From positions 3,173 to 67,172 of the forward strand of contig DATJZV010000090.1 in NCBI GenBank assembly GCA_035498715.1: a stretch of DNA of 64,000 nucleotides, in the 5' to 3' direction. This document shows positions 56,145 through 64,000 of this stretch, in pieces (within the stretch, counting starts at the first letter, position 1; each line of letters begins with the position of its first letter). The DNA comes from Nitrospirota bacterium (GTDB lineage: Bacteria; Nitrospirota; UBA9217). Below the pieces are notes generated by a model. It did not search any database. It worked only from the letters and a program-made list of their open reading frames with translations, and had not been told where the DNA came from. The position numbers and the translations under genes were made by a program.

Positions 56145-58349
56145 TCACACCTGCCACATCATCGCCTCAAAATCGTCTGTCGGGACCTTGAACTGAATAT
56201 ACCCGCGGAACGGCCATTTCTCGATCTCGGAACCTGACCGCTCCACGGTCACAAATACCTGTATATCGTCGTTCGGCTTTACGCCGAGCAGGTCAAAGGG
56301 CATTGCAAGCTCAATGATATCGTTCACGGCCACGGTATGAATCACGGCGGCCTGCGTTCTTGAACTGCGTTCCCCGCGGAAAAGCACCGCGCTCACGCGC
56401 CGTTCCTGCGGCACGACCCGTATTTCTACGTCCATTCCTCTGGGGCTCAAAAAATTGATGAAGAAGGCGAGGTCTGACACTTTTTCGTCCTTGAGGCTTT
56501 GGCTCGGATCGAGCCTGATGAACATATTCTTGAGGTCGAAGCCGTAATAGATGTGTGCGATGATCGATGCGCCCCGGTGCATGGCCCCGCCGCCCTGGCT
56601 CACATCATAGAACCCTGCGGGCAACCATTCGAAATAATTCGTCACCTGCCCGTCGATCGTAGGGGTGATGAACGCGGTTAACTCCACCGTCGGCAGCGCC
56701 TGACGGTCCTCGCGCAGGATGGGGATCTGGAGTTCGTCCGGCACGTCCTGGCCGATGATGCGGTAGACGTTCATCAGGTGCGTCCTGAACAGCAGGTCGA
56801 ACTCCTCGTCGTTCTCCGAAAAATGGTCGTCCCCATACCACCAGCACCAGTCACTTCCCTCAGCGATATAGATCTCATTCCACGCCTTAGTGACCTTTTC
56901 CTGATCGCCGTCCCGCGATGCGTAGTCCATAAGCGCGTCGCGCGTCTGCGAGAGCAGGTCCCATGCCCGATTGTCCTCTTCGTGGCCGATCCAGATCCGA
57001 AAATTCGAGTTTATCCATGAGCCCGCATGGAGACGTTCGATCCTTGCCCGCGCCGGATGCTCCTTGAGATACTCTCCGACGGTAACACATCGGAGTCCTG
57101 GCTCCCCGCTGAGTCTTTCGTAGAGATACAGGAAAAAATCCCTGCCGTCATTCTGGTAGTACTCCCAAGCGTTCTCTCCGTCGAGAATGATCGAGACCAG
57201 GTTGGGCCCGTCGTTAAGGCTCTTCCGCACGCGGTGGAACCGGTCAATGAGGTCGTGAACTGCGTTTTTGTAATCCCATTTGGAGTAGACGAACCCAATG
57301 AGGTCCGATAGTGTGTGGTCGCGGAACACGACAGACACACGATTGTCTCCCCGGCCCGCCAAGTACGGCTTATAAAGGACCTCGGGGTTTTTCATCACCC
57401 CGGCGAAGTCCCGTTCGATGTGAATGCCGAGTGAGCGGGCGAGGACTCCCTCGTCCGTACCGATCCATTTAATGCCCGCATCGGTAAGAAGCGGAAGGAT
57501 ATCTTCGGCCACCGACCCTTCCGCGGGCCACATACCTGCGGGACGGGAACCGAAAAGCTTCTCATGGTACTGAAGCGCCCGATCGATCTGGGCCCTCGCG
57601 TCCTCGGGATGAGCGAAGCGGCTGCCGGGGAGGTGGATGTCCGGCGAGGCCTCCTTTGCGAGGTCTGTATCGTACAGAAGCGGGAGGATGGGATGATAGA
57701 ACGGCGTAGTAGTGAGTTCTATCCTTCCCGTCTCCGATAACTGCCGGTACTCCGGTATGATGAGGGCCATGACATCGCGCTGCTTCTGGACCAGAATCAA
57801 CTTCTCGTTTTCGGTGAATCCCGAGCCCTTCTGGATGAGCCCCTTGAGGAATGGGTCGGTCTGCTTGAAGATAGGGTCAAACCAGGTGAGGTTGAACCAG
57901 ACTTGAAGATCGAGATAGTCCTGAGACGAGAAATACCGCGTAGCGTTCTGAAGATCGCTGGGTGACACGCTGGTGCCCCGCCGATCAAGCAGCCTCCAGT
58001 ATCCAGGGTAAGGCTTAATCATGGTGTCCCAGTTGGCCAAGAAGGAATTTCGCAGCAAGAATATCTTATCGTCGTAGGTGAGGTCAGCTGCACGTTTGAG
58101 CGTGAGATCGAGAAACTTGTCCGTCGCGTTGTTCTCTACATAATCCTGTATTTGCTTTAATAGGGACGGAACAAGATTGAAGGTCTGGTGGATATCGGGG
58201 AAATCGGTCAGGAGCGCGGGCATGTCGTAGTAGTCCTTGATCCCGTGCATGCGCACCCAGGGGAGGATATAAGAGCCGGTGATATCATCCTTATAGTACG
58301 GCTGATGCATGTGCCAGACAAAAGCTATGAAGAGGGGATGGTCCGACAT
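56145..58349 (-). CDS. Glycoside hydrolase family 57 protein (alpha-glucan-active, with DUF1925/DUF1926-type C-terminal region)
   Basis: 734 aa. The N-terminal region reads FVWHMHQPYY...WVRMHGIKDYYDM. The catalytic-region motifs are LDGENAWEYY and WINSNFRIWIGHEED. Confidence 0.85.
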   Translation of the reverse strand: MSDHPLFIAFVWHMHQPYYKDDITGSYILPWVRMHGIKDYYDMPALLTDFPDIHQTFNLVPSLLKQIQDYVENNATDKFLDLTLKRAADLTYDDKIFLLRNSFLANWDTMIKPYPGYWRLLDRRGTSVSPSDLQNATRYFSSQDYLDLQVWFNLTWFDPIFKQTDPFLKGLIQKGSGFTENEKLILVQKQRDVMALIIPEYRQLSETGRIELTTTPFYHPILPLLYDTDLAKEASPDIHLPGSRFAHPEDARAQIDRALQYHEKLFGSRPAGMWPAEGSVAEDILPLLTDAGIKWIGTDEGVLARSLGIHIERDFAGVMKNPEVLYKPYLAGRGDNRVSVVFRDHTLSDLIGFVYSKWDYKNAVHDLIDRFHRVRKSLNDGPNLVSIILDGENAWEYYQNDGRDFFLYLYERLSGEPGLRCVTVGEYLKEHPARARIERLHAGSWINSNFRIWIGHEEDNRAWDLLSQTRDALMDYASRDGDQEKVTKAWNEIYIAEGSDWCWWYGDDHFSENDEEFDLLFRTHLMNVYRIIGQDVPDELQIPILREDRQALPTVELTAFITPTIDGQVTNYFEWLPAGFYDVSQGGGAMHRGASIIAHIYYGFDLKNMFIRLDPSQSLKDEKVSDLAFFINFLSPRGMDVEIRVVPQERRVSAVLFRGERSSRTQAAVIHTVAVNDIIELAMPFDLLGVKPNDDIQVFVTVERSGSEIEKWPFRGYIQFKVPTDDFEAMMWQV

Positions 58350-58509
58350 GGGATTTAGGACAATCGTGAAATCCGAAGTACTGCCATCGAATTACACAAG
58401 AACCGTCAAGACACAAAGAAAGCCTCGCGTATGCTCTCTATTCGATGTTTTGCTTAGATTCCCTTGACATTGTCTCGTATCGAGGATTTCGAAATAGGAT
58501 CCGCTTCTC

Positions 58510-58836
58510 TCAGGGCTCACTATAATAGTACACTATCTCCCCCTGCCGTGCAAGCCCCAGTTTATCCCGTGCGATCCTCTCTATGCAGGCAGGGTCGGTC
58601 CTCAGTGCGCGGACATCCCGCACAAGTCTGGCGTTATCCTGCTTGAGCGTTGATATCTCTTCGGTAAGGGTGTTATACTGAGCCTTCATCCGGTAATACT
58701 TCACCAGCCCCATCTCACCCAGGATGGATGATGCAAGAAGATAGAGGGCCAAAAGGACGCTCGCGGCGATAAGCATCCTTTTCTTGCGCACCGTCCAAAC
58801 ACTGCGGTCAGCCTTCATATAGTTTCTTTTACGCAT
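58510..58836 (-). CDS. ftsB: Septum formation initiator family protein (FtsB/DivIC-like)
   Basis: 108 aa. It has one TM helix, a coiled coil (YNTLTEEISTLKQDNARLVRDVRAL), and the C-terminal IERIARDKLGLARQGEIVY. Confidence 0.8.
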   Translation of the reverse strand: MRKRNYMKADRSVWTVRKKRMLIAASVLLALYLLASSILGEMGLVKYYRMKAQYNTLTEEISTLKQDNARLVRDVRALRTDPACIERIARDKLGLARQGEIVYYYSEP

Positions 58837-58906
58837 GATACTGTCTTCTTCCGCCGCCTCCCCTCCTGCATGGGTAAATACATCAGGTCTCGAATATCTC
58901 CTTCTT

Positions 58907-58939
58907 GAAAAACAAAACCACGAAAATCTTCTTCGTGGT
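58907..58939 (-). terminator. Rho-independent terminator after poly-Lys mini-ORF 2
   Basis: The minus strand reads ACCACGAA-GAAGATT-TTCGTGGT followed by TTTGTTTTTC. Confidence 0.75.
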
Positions 58940-58987
58940 ATAGATTCAATTCTTAATGTATGGATTTATATCCATCATATCACATAA

Positions 58988-59044
58988 TTATTTCTTTTTG
59001 GTGGTCTTTTTCGCTTTTTTTGCCGGGGCCTTCTTCGTCGCCAT
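58988..59044 (-). CDS. Mini-ORF 2: 18-aa Lys/Ala/Thr-rich basic peptide MATKKAPAKKAKKTTKKK
   Basis: Below the ORF-track cutoff and hand translated. AAAGGGGGTG lies 8 nt upstream of the ATG. It has its own terminator 50 nt downstream and shares an upstream box with mini-ORF 1. Confidence 0.45.
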   Translation of the reverse strand: MATKKAPAKKAKKTTKKK

Positions 59045-59146
59045 GTATTCTTCACCCCCTTTCATCAATGGAATAAGAGCTAGTAAGAGATATTTTATGA
59101 AGCCCGTAATCGTAATGAGGAAATAACAATTTTCATTCTTAAATAC

Positions 59147-59170
59147 GCCGGGGGCTTTCACGCCCCCGGC
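59147..59170 (-). terminator. Strong GC hairpin (candidate terminator or attenuator) after poly-Lys mini-ORF 1
   Basis: GCCGGGGGC-GTGAAA-GCCCCCGGC forms a perfect 9-bp stem. The U-tract (GTATTTAAG) is weak. It is preceded by a second hairpin, GTCCC-TGATGT-GGGAC. Confidence 0.5.
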
Positions 59171-59199
59171 GGTCCCACATCAGGGACATCAAATAAAAA

Positions 59200-59262
59200 C
59201 TACTTCTTTTTGGTGGCTTTCTTCTTGGTCGCCTTCTTCTTGGCCTTCTTCTTGGCTGCCAT
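59200..59262 (-). CDS. Mini-ORF 1: 20-aa Lys/Ala/Thr-rich basic peptide MAAKKKAKKKATKKKATKKK
   Basis: Below the ORF-track cutoff and hand translated. AAAGGGGGTG lies 9 nt upstream of the ATG. It starts 49 nt downstream of the HEPN gene stop. Confidence 0.45.
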   Translation of the reverse strand: MAAKKKAKKKATKKKATKKK

Positions 59263-59310
59263 TATTTGTCCACCCCCTTTCGGCATACCGCGATTCTTAC
59301 TTAAGCGGCC

Positions 59311-59796
59311 TTATCTTGAAACAAGCTGAGGTACATCATTCAGCAATGACATCTGCGAGTACTTTTCCTTGATCCTGCCAATCACCAGGGCGACAAACTC
59401 TTCTGCGTCTTTTATCGCCTGTCCAGCCTCATACTTTGATATGATGCGCCCAGCCTCTTCCATGAAGCTTTGATATTTTCTGCGCATCCGGTCAAATTTG
59501 TTGATCATGCTCTTGTACTGGCCCCCCAGGATAACTCCTGACGCCGTCACGACGGTCTTGTGCGTATCTCTGCTCCTGACCCCCTTGGGTCTGAACCCCT
59601 CGGACAGGATGAGAGCCCTCGCTGAGCGGGCCATGGCCTGATACGCTGCCGCAAACGCCCACTCATCATCTTTATCCTGCAGGAGCTTGCTCGTTGCCAA
59701 GTCCCGTTCCGCCCGGCTCACCAGCTCGATGATCTCCGCGATTTCGGCGGTCCGTTCCTCAACGATTCCCATTTCTTTTAGCGCGTTATAATTCAT
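59311..59796 (-). CDS. HEPN domain protein (putative toxin partner of the upstream MNT gene)
   Basis: 161 aa and all-helical, with an R-x4-H motif (RSRDTH) mid-protein. It overlaps the upstream nucleotidyltransferase gene by 11 nt. Confidence 0.6.
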   Translation of the reverse strand: MNYNALKEMGIVEERTAEIAEIIELVSRAERDLATSKLLQDKDDEWAFAAAYQAMARSARALILSEGFRPKGVRSRDTHKTVVTASGVILGGQYKSMINKFDRMRRKYQSFMEEAGRIISKYEAGQAIKDAEEFVALVIGRIKEKYSQMSLLNDVPQLVSR

Positions 59797-60352
59797 CTTC
59801 CTTGCCTACCAGGAATATCTTTTTGCCTTTCAGTAACTCCCGGATGAACGGGTCTTTCGAATCCTTGCGTTTGCGGTACTCTTGCTCGTCAAAAACCAGA
59901 TAATCTATCTCTCTCTTCAACTTTTCTTCCAAGCCCATCACCATGTCATTCAGTTCCGTGATGTTCGCCTGACCAATCACCATGAGGTTGATGTTGCTAT
60001 CCTCTTTTTCTGACCCTTTAGCATATGAGCCATATATGAATGCCGTCTTAACCCCTTTCAAACGGGACAGAGATGCCTTCATTGCACCTTGTATCCCCGT
60101 GGTCTTGAAGATGAGGCCTTTCATTTCTGAGAAGATGGGAGAGCTTTTGTTAGCGAAGTAGTATTTCTGCACACCCCGCTTCTCTCTTGCCAGAAGCCCT
60201 ATCTTGACCAGATTGTCCAGTTCCCGCTTGATCCCGGCCGCATCCTTACCGATGTGGCGCGCGATTTCTCTCAGATAGAACTTGTCATCCGGATTGTTAA
60301 AGAACAGGCCCAAAAGCTCCGCTCTTGTGGAAGAGAAGAGTTTTGTTAGCAC
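59786..60352 (-). CDS. Winged-HTH + minimal nucleotidyltransferase (MNT) domain protein, with N-x-N in place of the catalytic D-x-D
   Basis: ORF 59786..60406. The GTG at 60352 is preferred (GAGGTG 8 nt upstream, and a promoter lies inside the longer ORF). The wHTH reads YLREIARHIGKDAAGIKRELDNLVKIGLL. The NTase motif is IYGSYAKGSEKEDSNINLMVIG. Confidence 0.65.
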   Translation of the reverse strand: MLTKLFSSTRAELLGLFFNNPDDKFYLREIARHIGKDAAGIKRELDNLVKIGLLAREKRGVQKYYFANKSSPIFSEMKGLIFKTTGIQGAMKASLSRLKGVKTAFIYGSYAKGSEKEDSNINLMVIGQANITELNDMVMGLEEKLKREIDYLVFDEQEYRKRKDSKDPFIRELLKGKKIFLVGKEDEL

Positions 60353-60373
60353 GTTTTGTTCACCTCGTAGACA

Positions 60374-60403
60374 AATATACAACAAGAGTGTATGTTTTGT
60401 CAA
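60374..60403 (-). promoter_or_regulatory. Candidate sigma-70 promoter (TTGACA-N18-TATATT) with CTTGTTG direct repeats, for the MNT-HEPN pair
   Basis: The minus strand reads tcTTGTTGACAaaacatacactCTTGTTGTATATTtg. The 7-mer CTTGTTG overlaps both the -35 and -10 regions and may be an autoregulatory operator. Confidence 0.45.
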
Positions 60404-60804
60404 CAAGAAAAATTAAAAAATTACTTTTCCGTATGTTAGACAATTTATCAACAGCGAATTCAAAACATATAATATTGGTACAAAATTTAATTGTTTTATA
60501 GCAATTAATGCAACTTTTATTGGTTATCGTTTCTGGACCAAGAGGAGACAAAAGAGCCGCAGAAAAAAGTTCGCTAATTTTATTGGTAATGTCAAAATAG
60601 ATTATTTTAGAGAATTCCCCTGCAAACAGAAGGCATATAATTCTTTTCGCCCCTCTCGCCCTTCTACCCGCTGTGCCGGTGTTGCCACCAGAATACTGCG
60701 TTGATCTCTAGAAGCTCCGCGATTTTCTGCGCAAGCATGCATCTAAAAAGTCAACCCTCGAAAAGCTTCGCCGCGATAACTTGGCAGCAGCATGTAATTT
60801 CTCT

Positions 60805-60833
60805 TTGTCTCGTCGCGCCGCTTATGGTATACT
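60805..60833 (+). promoter_or_regulatory. Candidate extended -10 sigma-70 promoter for the DEAD-box helicase (TTGTCT-N17-TGgTATACT)
   Basis: Read directly from the sequence, about 50 nt upstream of ATG 60883. Confidence 0.45.
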
Positions 60834-60882
60834 ACGCAAAACAGTTCGTTGACATAATGTCTTCAACAACGATCGGAGATGT

Positions 60883-62127
60883 ATGAGATTCAGTGAATTG
60901 GATCTTCCCTACGAAGTGCGACAAGGCATCGGGCACGCGGGATTCAGTATTTGCACACCGGTTCAGGAAGCGGTGATCCCCCGCGCCGTACGCGGTGAAG
61001 ATATCGCAGCGCAGGCGCAGACCGGCACAGGCAAGACCGCGGCCTTTCTCATCTCGCTCTTCGCGAAGATGATCAGGAACCCGGTTCAAGATTGCGGAAA
61101 CTCCCCTCAGGCCCTCATCATCGCACCAACCCGCGAGCTCGCGGACCAGATCTACCACGAGACAGAACGACTCGGCAAATTCACAGGCTTCCGTTTCCTC
61201 GCCGTTTACGGCGGTATCGATTATCAGAAGCAGATGGACACGCTCCAAAAGGGAGTTGACATTCTGATCGGGACGCCGGGCAGACTGATCGACTACTACA
61301 AGCAACGTGTCTACAGCCTCAAGAAGACCCGCTATCTGATCATCGATGAGGCGGACCGCATGTTCGACATGGGGTTCATCGACGACCTGCGGTACCTCAT
61401 CAAGAAGATGCCACCCTATACCAAGCGCCAGTCCATGCTTTTCTCCGCTACGCTCTCGTACCGCGTAATGGAACTCGCCTATGAGCACATGAATCTCCCG
61501 GAAAAAATTTCGATCACTCCCGAGAAGGTCACCGTTGAGCAGGTGGAACAGGTCCTCTACCATGTGGGAAAGCATGAAAAGATCTCCCTTCTGCTCGGCC
61601 TCCTCAAACACGAGGCTCCGGATCGAGCCCTCGTCTTCGTGAACACACGCCGCGCTGCCGATATGGTGGTCGAACGTCTGAACCGCAACGGCTGGAAAGT
61701 AGAGGCAATCACCGGCGATATCGTCCAAAAAAAGCGGCTCCGGATACTTGCGGACTTCAAAGAAGGAAAGCTCCCGGTCCTCGTAGCTACCGACGTTGCG
61801 AGCCGCGGCATCCATGTTGAAGGAGTGACCCATGTGATCAACTACGACCTCCCCCAGGACGCAGAGGATTATGTGCACCGCATCGGCCGCACCGGTCGCG
61901 CCGGCGCGACCGGTAAGGCCATAAGCCTAGCCGACGAGGAGTATGTCTATTCCCTGGAAGATATAGAAAAATATATCGGCCAAAAGATCCCTGTCGAATG
62001 GGCCGATGAGGGGATGTATGTCCGGGAGATACGGAGAACATTAGAAGAGAAACAAAAAAGGAACAGCGAGTATCAAACACGCCAATCCTCCGGCAGCCGC
62101 CGTCCACGATCCGGAACAAGACGGTAG
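60883..62127 (+). CDS. DEAD-box ATP-dependent RNA helicase
   Basis: 414 aa. The Q motif is GFSICTPVQ, motif I is AQTGTGKT, motif II is DEAD, motif III is SAT, motif VI is HRIGRTGRAG, and the C-terminus is an Arg/Ser-rich tail. Confidence 0.93.
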   Translation: MRFSELDLPYEVRQGIGHAGFSICTPVQEAVIPRAVRGEDIAAQAQTGTGKTAAFLISLFAKMIRNPVQDCGNSPQALIIAPTRELADQIYHETERLGKFTGFRFLAVYGGIDYQKQMDTLQKGVDILIGTPGRLIDYYKQRVYSLKKTRYLIIDEADRMFDMGFIDDLRYLIKKMPPYTKRQSMLFSATLSYRVMELAYEHMNLPEKISITPEKVTVEQVEQVLYHVGKHEKISLLLGLLKHEAPDRALVFVNTRRAADMVVERLNRNGWKVEAITGDIVQKKRLRILADFKEGKLPVLVATDVASRGIHVEGVTHVINYDLPQDAEDYVHRIGRTGRAGATGKAISLADEEYVYSLEDIEKYIGQKIPVEWADEGMYVREIRRTLEEKQKRNSEYQTRQSSGSRRPRSGTRR

Positions 62128-62147
62128 AGGACCTTCTGCTCACGGCA

Positions 62148-62156
62148 TGGTATAAT
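62148..62156 (+). promoter_or_regulatory. Candidate extended -10 element TGgTATAAT upstream of fadD
   Basis: Read directly from the sequence, about 95 nt upstream of the fadD start. No good -35 element was found. Confidence 0.3.
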
Positions 62157-62168
62157 AGAAATAGGAAG

Positions 62169-62195
62169 TATTTCGGATAATAAAAGTCCGAAATA
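62169..62195 (+). other. Perfect 9-bp hairpin TATTTCGGA-N9-TCCGAAATA in the helicase/fadD spacer
   Basis: Read directly from the sequence. It lies between the candidate -10 and the fadD start and lacks a U-tract. It could be a 5'-UTR structure or a weak helicase terminator. Confidence 0.45.
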
Positions 62196-62249
62196 ATTCG
62201 CAGACTGCTGCAGCACAGCGAGAAAAACCATCGTCGTGCGCCGGAGTTC

Positions 62250-63953
62250 ATGATGGCTGCCGTAATGACCAATACCGAGCATCCCTGGCTCAGATTCTAT
62301 GAGGCTGGCGTACCGCCAACCATCAAGTATCCCGACATCACGCTGGGAGCGGTGCTGCACGAAACAGCACTGAAATTCCCCGACCACACGTCACTCCTTT
62401 TCTACGGTAAGAAGACGACTTATGCTGAGCTCGATGCCCTCGCGAACCGGTTTGCGCATGCCCTCTCCGGCCTAGGGGTCAAGAAGGGCGACCGGGTAGC
62501 GCTCATGCTGCCGAACATCCCGCAAATGGTCATCGCCTACTATGGGACGCTCCGCCTCGGCGCCGTTGCCGTTCCGACAAACCCCCTCTATCATGAACAC
62601 GAGCTTGAGATTCAGCTTAAGGACAGCGGTGCGGAGACGCTCGTGGCAGTCGATATGTTCTATCCCGTCATTTCCCGCATCCTGACCAGGACGAGCGTTA
62701 GACACGTGGTTCTCTGCGGCATCAAGGATTTTCTGCCATTTCCGTTGAACGCTCTGTACCCCATAAAGGCGAGATTCGACAAACTGTGGGTCAGCGTAAG
62801 GCGGGTGCCTCCGATATACGATTTCATGGTCCTCATCAGGGATGAACCGGCGATCTCCGCGGGCCCGGCCGTGTCCCCGGGTGATACCGCGCTCCTGCAG
62901 TATACCGGCGGGACCACGGGAATACCGAAGGGAGCCATTCTCACCCACCGGAACTTGGTCGTGAACGCAGTGCAGAGCAGGGTCTGGCTCACGCTCCACA
63001 ATGAAGGAGAAACGGTCATCCTCGGCGTTATTCCCTTCTTCCATGTCTACGGCATGACCACCGCTATGAACCTCGGCATTCTTATCGGGGCGCAGCTGAT
63101 CCTCCTCCCGAAATTCCATCCTAAGGAGGTGCTCCACTTCATCGACAAGTACCGGGCGGAGATATTCCCCGGAATTCAGGCCATGTACCTTGCAATCGGT
63201 AACTATCCAAAGATCCGTAAGTATGACCTGACGTCACTGAAGGTTGCCATCAGCGGCGCAGGCCCGCTCATGCACGAAGTGCAGGAGCGGTTCGAGCACG
63301 TGACCCAAGCCAGGATCGTGGAGGGCTATGGACTATCCGAGGCGTCGCCCGTGACCCATGCTAACCCGATCTTCGGCAAGCGGAAGATCGGCAGCATTGG
63401 CCTCCCTTGGCCTGACACCGAAGCCCGAATCGTCGACATCGAGACCGGCGAAAAAACCCTCCCCGTGGGCGAAATCGGAGAGCTCGTGCTAAGGGGACCG
63501 CAGGTCATGAAGGGCTATTGGAACAAACCTGAAGAGACAGCACATGCGTTGCGTAGCGGATGGCTCCACACCGGCGATATCGCCAAGATGGACGAAGACG
63601 GCTACTTCACCATCGTGGACCGCATCAAGGACATGATAAAGACCGTAGGCGAGAACGTGTACCCAAGGGAAGTCGAGGAGGTGCTGTTCATGCACCCCAA
63701 GGTAAAGGAAGCTGTCGTTGTTGGGATCCCTCAGGAGTTCTTGGGTGAAGAGATCAAGGCCTATATCGTACTCAAAGAGGGCGAGACCGCGACAGACGAG
63801 GAGATCATCCAATTTTGCCGGGAGCAACTTTCGAAGTTCAAGGTCCCAAAAGCGGTTGAGTTCCGCGAACATCTCCCGAAAACGCTCGTTGGCAAGGTAA
63901 TGAGACGGGTCCTCAGGGATGAAGAACTGAAGAAGATGCAGGCAAAACAGTAA
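62250..63953 (+). CDS. fadD: Long-chain-fatty-acid--CoA ligase (AMP-binding enzyme)
   Basis: 567 aa. The motifs are AMP-binding YTGGTTGIPKGA, GYGLSEASP, WLHTGDIA, and the C-terminal PKTLVGKVMRRVLR. Confidence 0.85.
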   Translation: MMAAVMTNTEHPWLRFYEAGVPPTIKYPDITLGAVLHETALKFPDHTSLLFYGKKTTYAELDALANRFAHALSGLGVKKGDRVALMLPNIPQMVIAYYGTLRLGAVAVPTNPLYHEHELEIQLKDSGAETLVAVDMFYPVISRILTRTSVRHVVLCGIKDFLPFPLNALYPIKARFDKLWVSVRRVPPIYDFMVLIRDEPAISAGPAVSPGDTALLQYTGGTTGIPKGAILTHRNLVVNAVQSRVWLTLHNEGETVILGVIPFFHVYGMTTAMNLGILIGAQLILLPKFHPKEVLHFIDKYRAEIFPGIQAMYLAIGNYPKIRKYDLTSLKVAISGAGPLMHEVQERFEHVTQARIVEGYGLSEASPVTHANPIFGKRKIGSIGLPWPDTEARIVDIETGEKTLPVGEIGELVLRGPQVMKGYWNKPEETAHALRSGWLHTGDIAKMDEDGYFTIVDRIKDMIKTVGENVYPREVEEVLFMHPKVKEAVVVGIPQEFLGEEIKAYIVLKEGETATDEEIIQFCREQLSKFKVPKAVEFREHLPKTLVGKVMRRVLRDEELKKMQAKQ

Positions 63954-64000
63954 CTATTGCCACGGATGTTCACGTACTGCCGTTGATGTAATATCTTCAG

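Noticed and set aside
60832-61878. Long antisense ORFs opposite well-supported genes. Examples: the 348-aa ORF opposite the DEAD-box helicase; 41232..42458 opposite the SSF-kinase; 49234..50634 opposite ppdK; 24605..25795 opposite the DUF202 fusion; 13244..14230 opposite DUF294; and 8085..9053 opposite acs.
   Set aside because: - Their translations are low-complexity and rich in Arg, His, Pro and Leu, with no recognisable motifs.
- They lack SD sequences.
- They mirror genes whose own translations carry unambiguous family signatures.
- Long open antisense frames are expected in GC-rich coding DNA.

Overview
64 kb chromosomal window, mostly about 55-60% GC with three AT-rich islands. About 85% of genes are on the minus strand. 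The gene content suggests an anaerobic Desulfobacterota- or Nitrospirota-like bacterium: many sigma-54 enhancer-binding regulators, GH57, PPDK, split glyQ/glyS and a predicted selenoprotein. This taxonomic guess is inference only.

Gene content in window order:
- Redox and peroxide-defence neighbourhood: nitroreductase, OsmC, Zn-finger thioredoxin, orphan FdhE-like protein, di-haem cytochrome c peroxidase, and a DsbA-like gene with an in-frame UGA.
- Acetate-utilisation operon: cNMP/CBS/DUF294 nucleotidyltransferase, DEDDh exonuclease, DUF485, ActP, Acs.
- HI0933-type flavoprotein and a small di-haem cytochrome.
- Operon of histidine kinase, receiver, PEP-utiliser-like phosphotransferase and two class-A beta-lactamase-fold proteins.
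- Two paralogous T2SSE_N (GspE N-terminal) plus multi-DUF202 membrane proteins.
- tatA.
- A sigma-54-dependent Usp/TauE/TIGR02186 cluster.
- DUF3786, greB and an Rsm22-like methyltransferase.
- An AT-rich TMTC-like GT-C/TPR plus GT2 pair.
- Two tandem sigma-54 two-component systems, one with a CbrA-like SSF-transporter-kinase preceded by a translationally coupled 58-aa ORF.
- MarC, DUF202, HAD, ribD, ppdK, glyS/glyQ, a Big_2 lipoprotein, GH57 and ftsB.
- Two tiny poly-Lys mini-genes.
- A HEPN plus wHTH-MNT pair, a DEAD-box helicase and fadD.

No rRNA, tRNA, CRISPR array or intact transposase was recognised.

Most interesting, in order:
1. The UGA-containing DsbA-like gene.
2. The T2SSE_N/DUF202 heptad-module pair.
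3. The kinase/receiver/PPDK_N-swivel/beta-lactamase-fold operon.
4. The duplicated poly-Lys mini-genes.

All family assignments come from reading motifs in the supplied translations, with no database search. Hand-indexed coordinates of small sites may be off by 1-2 nt.
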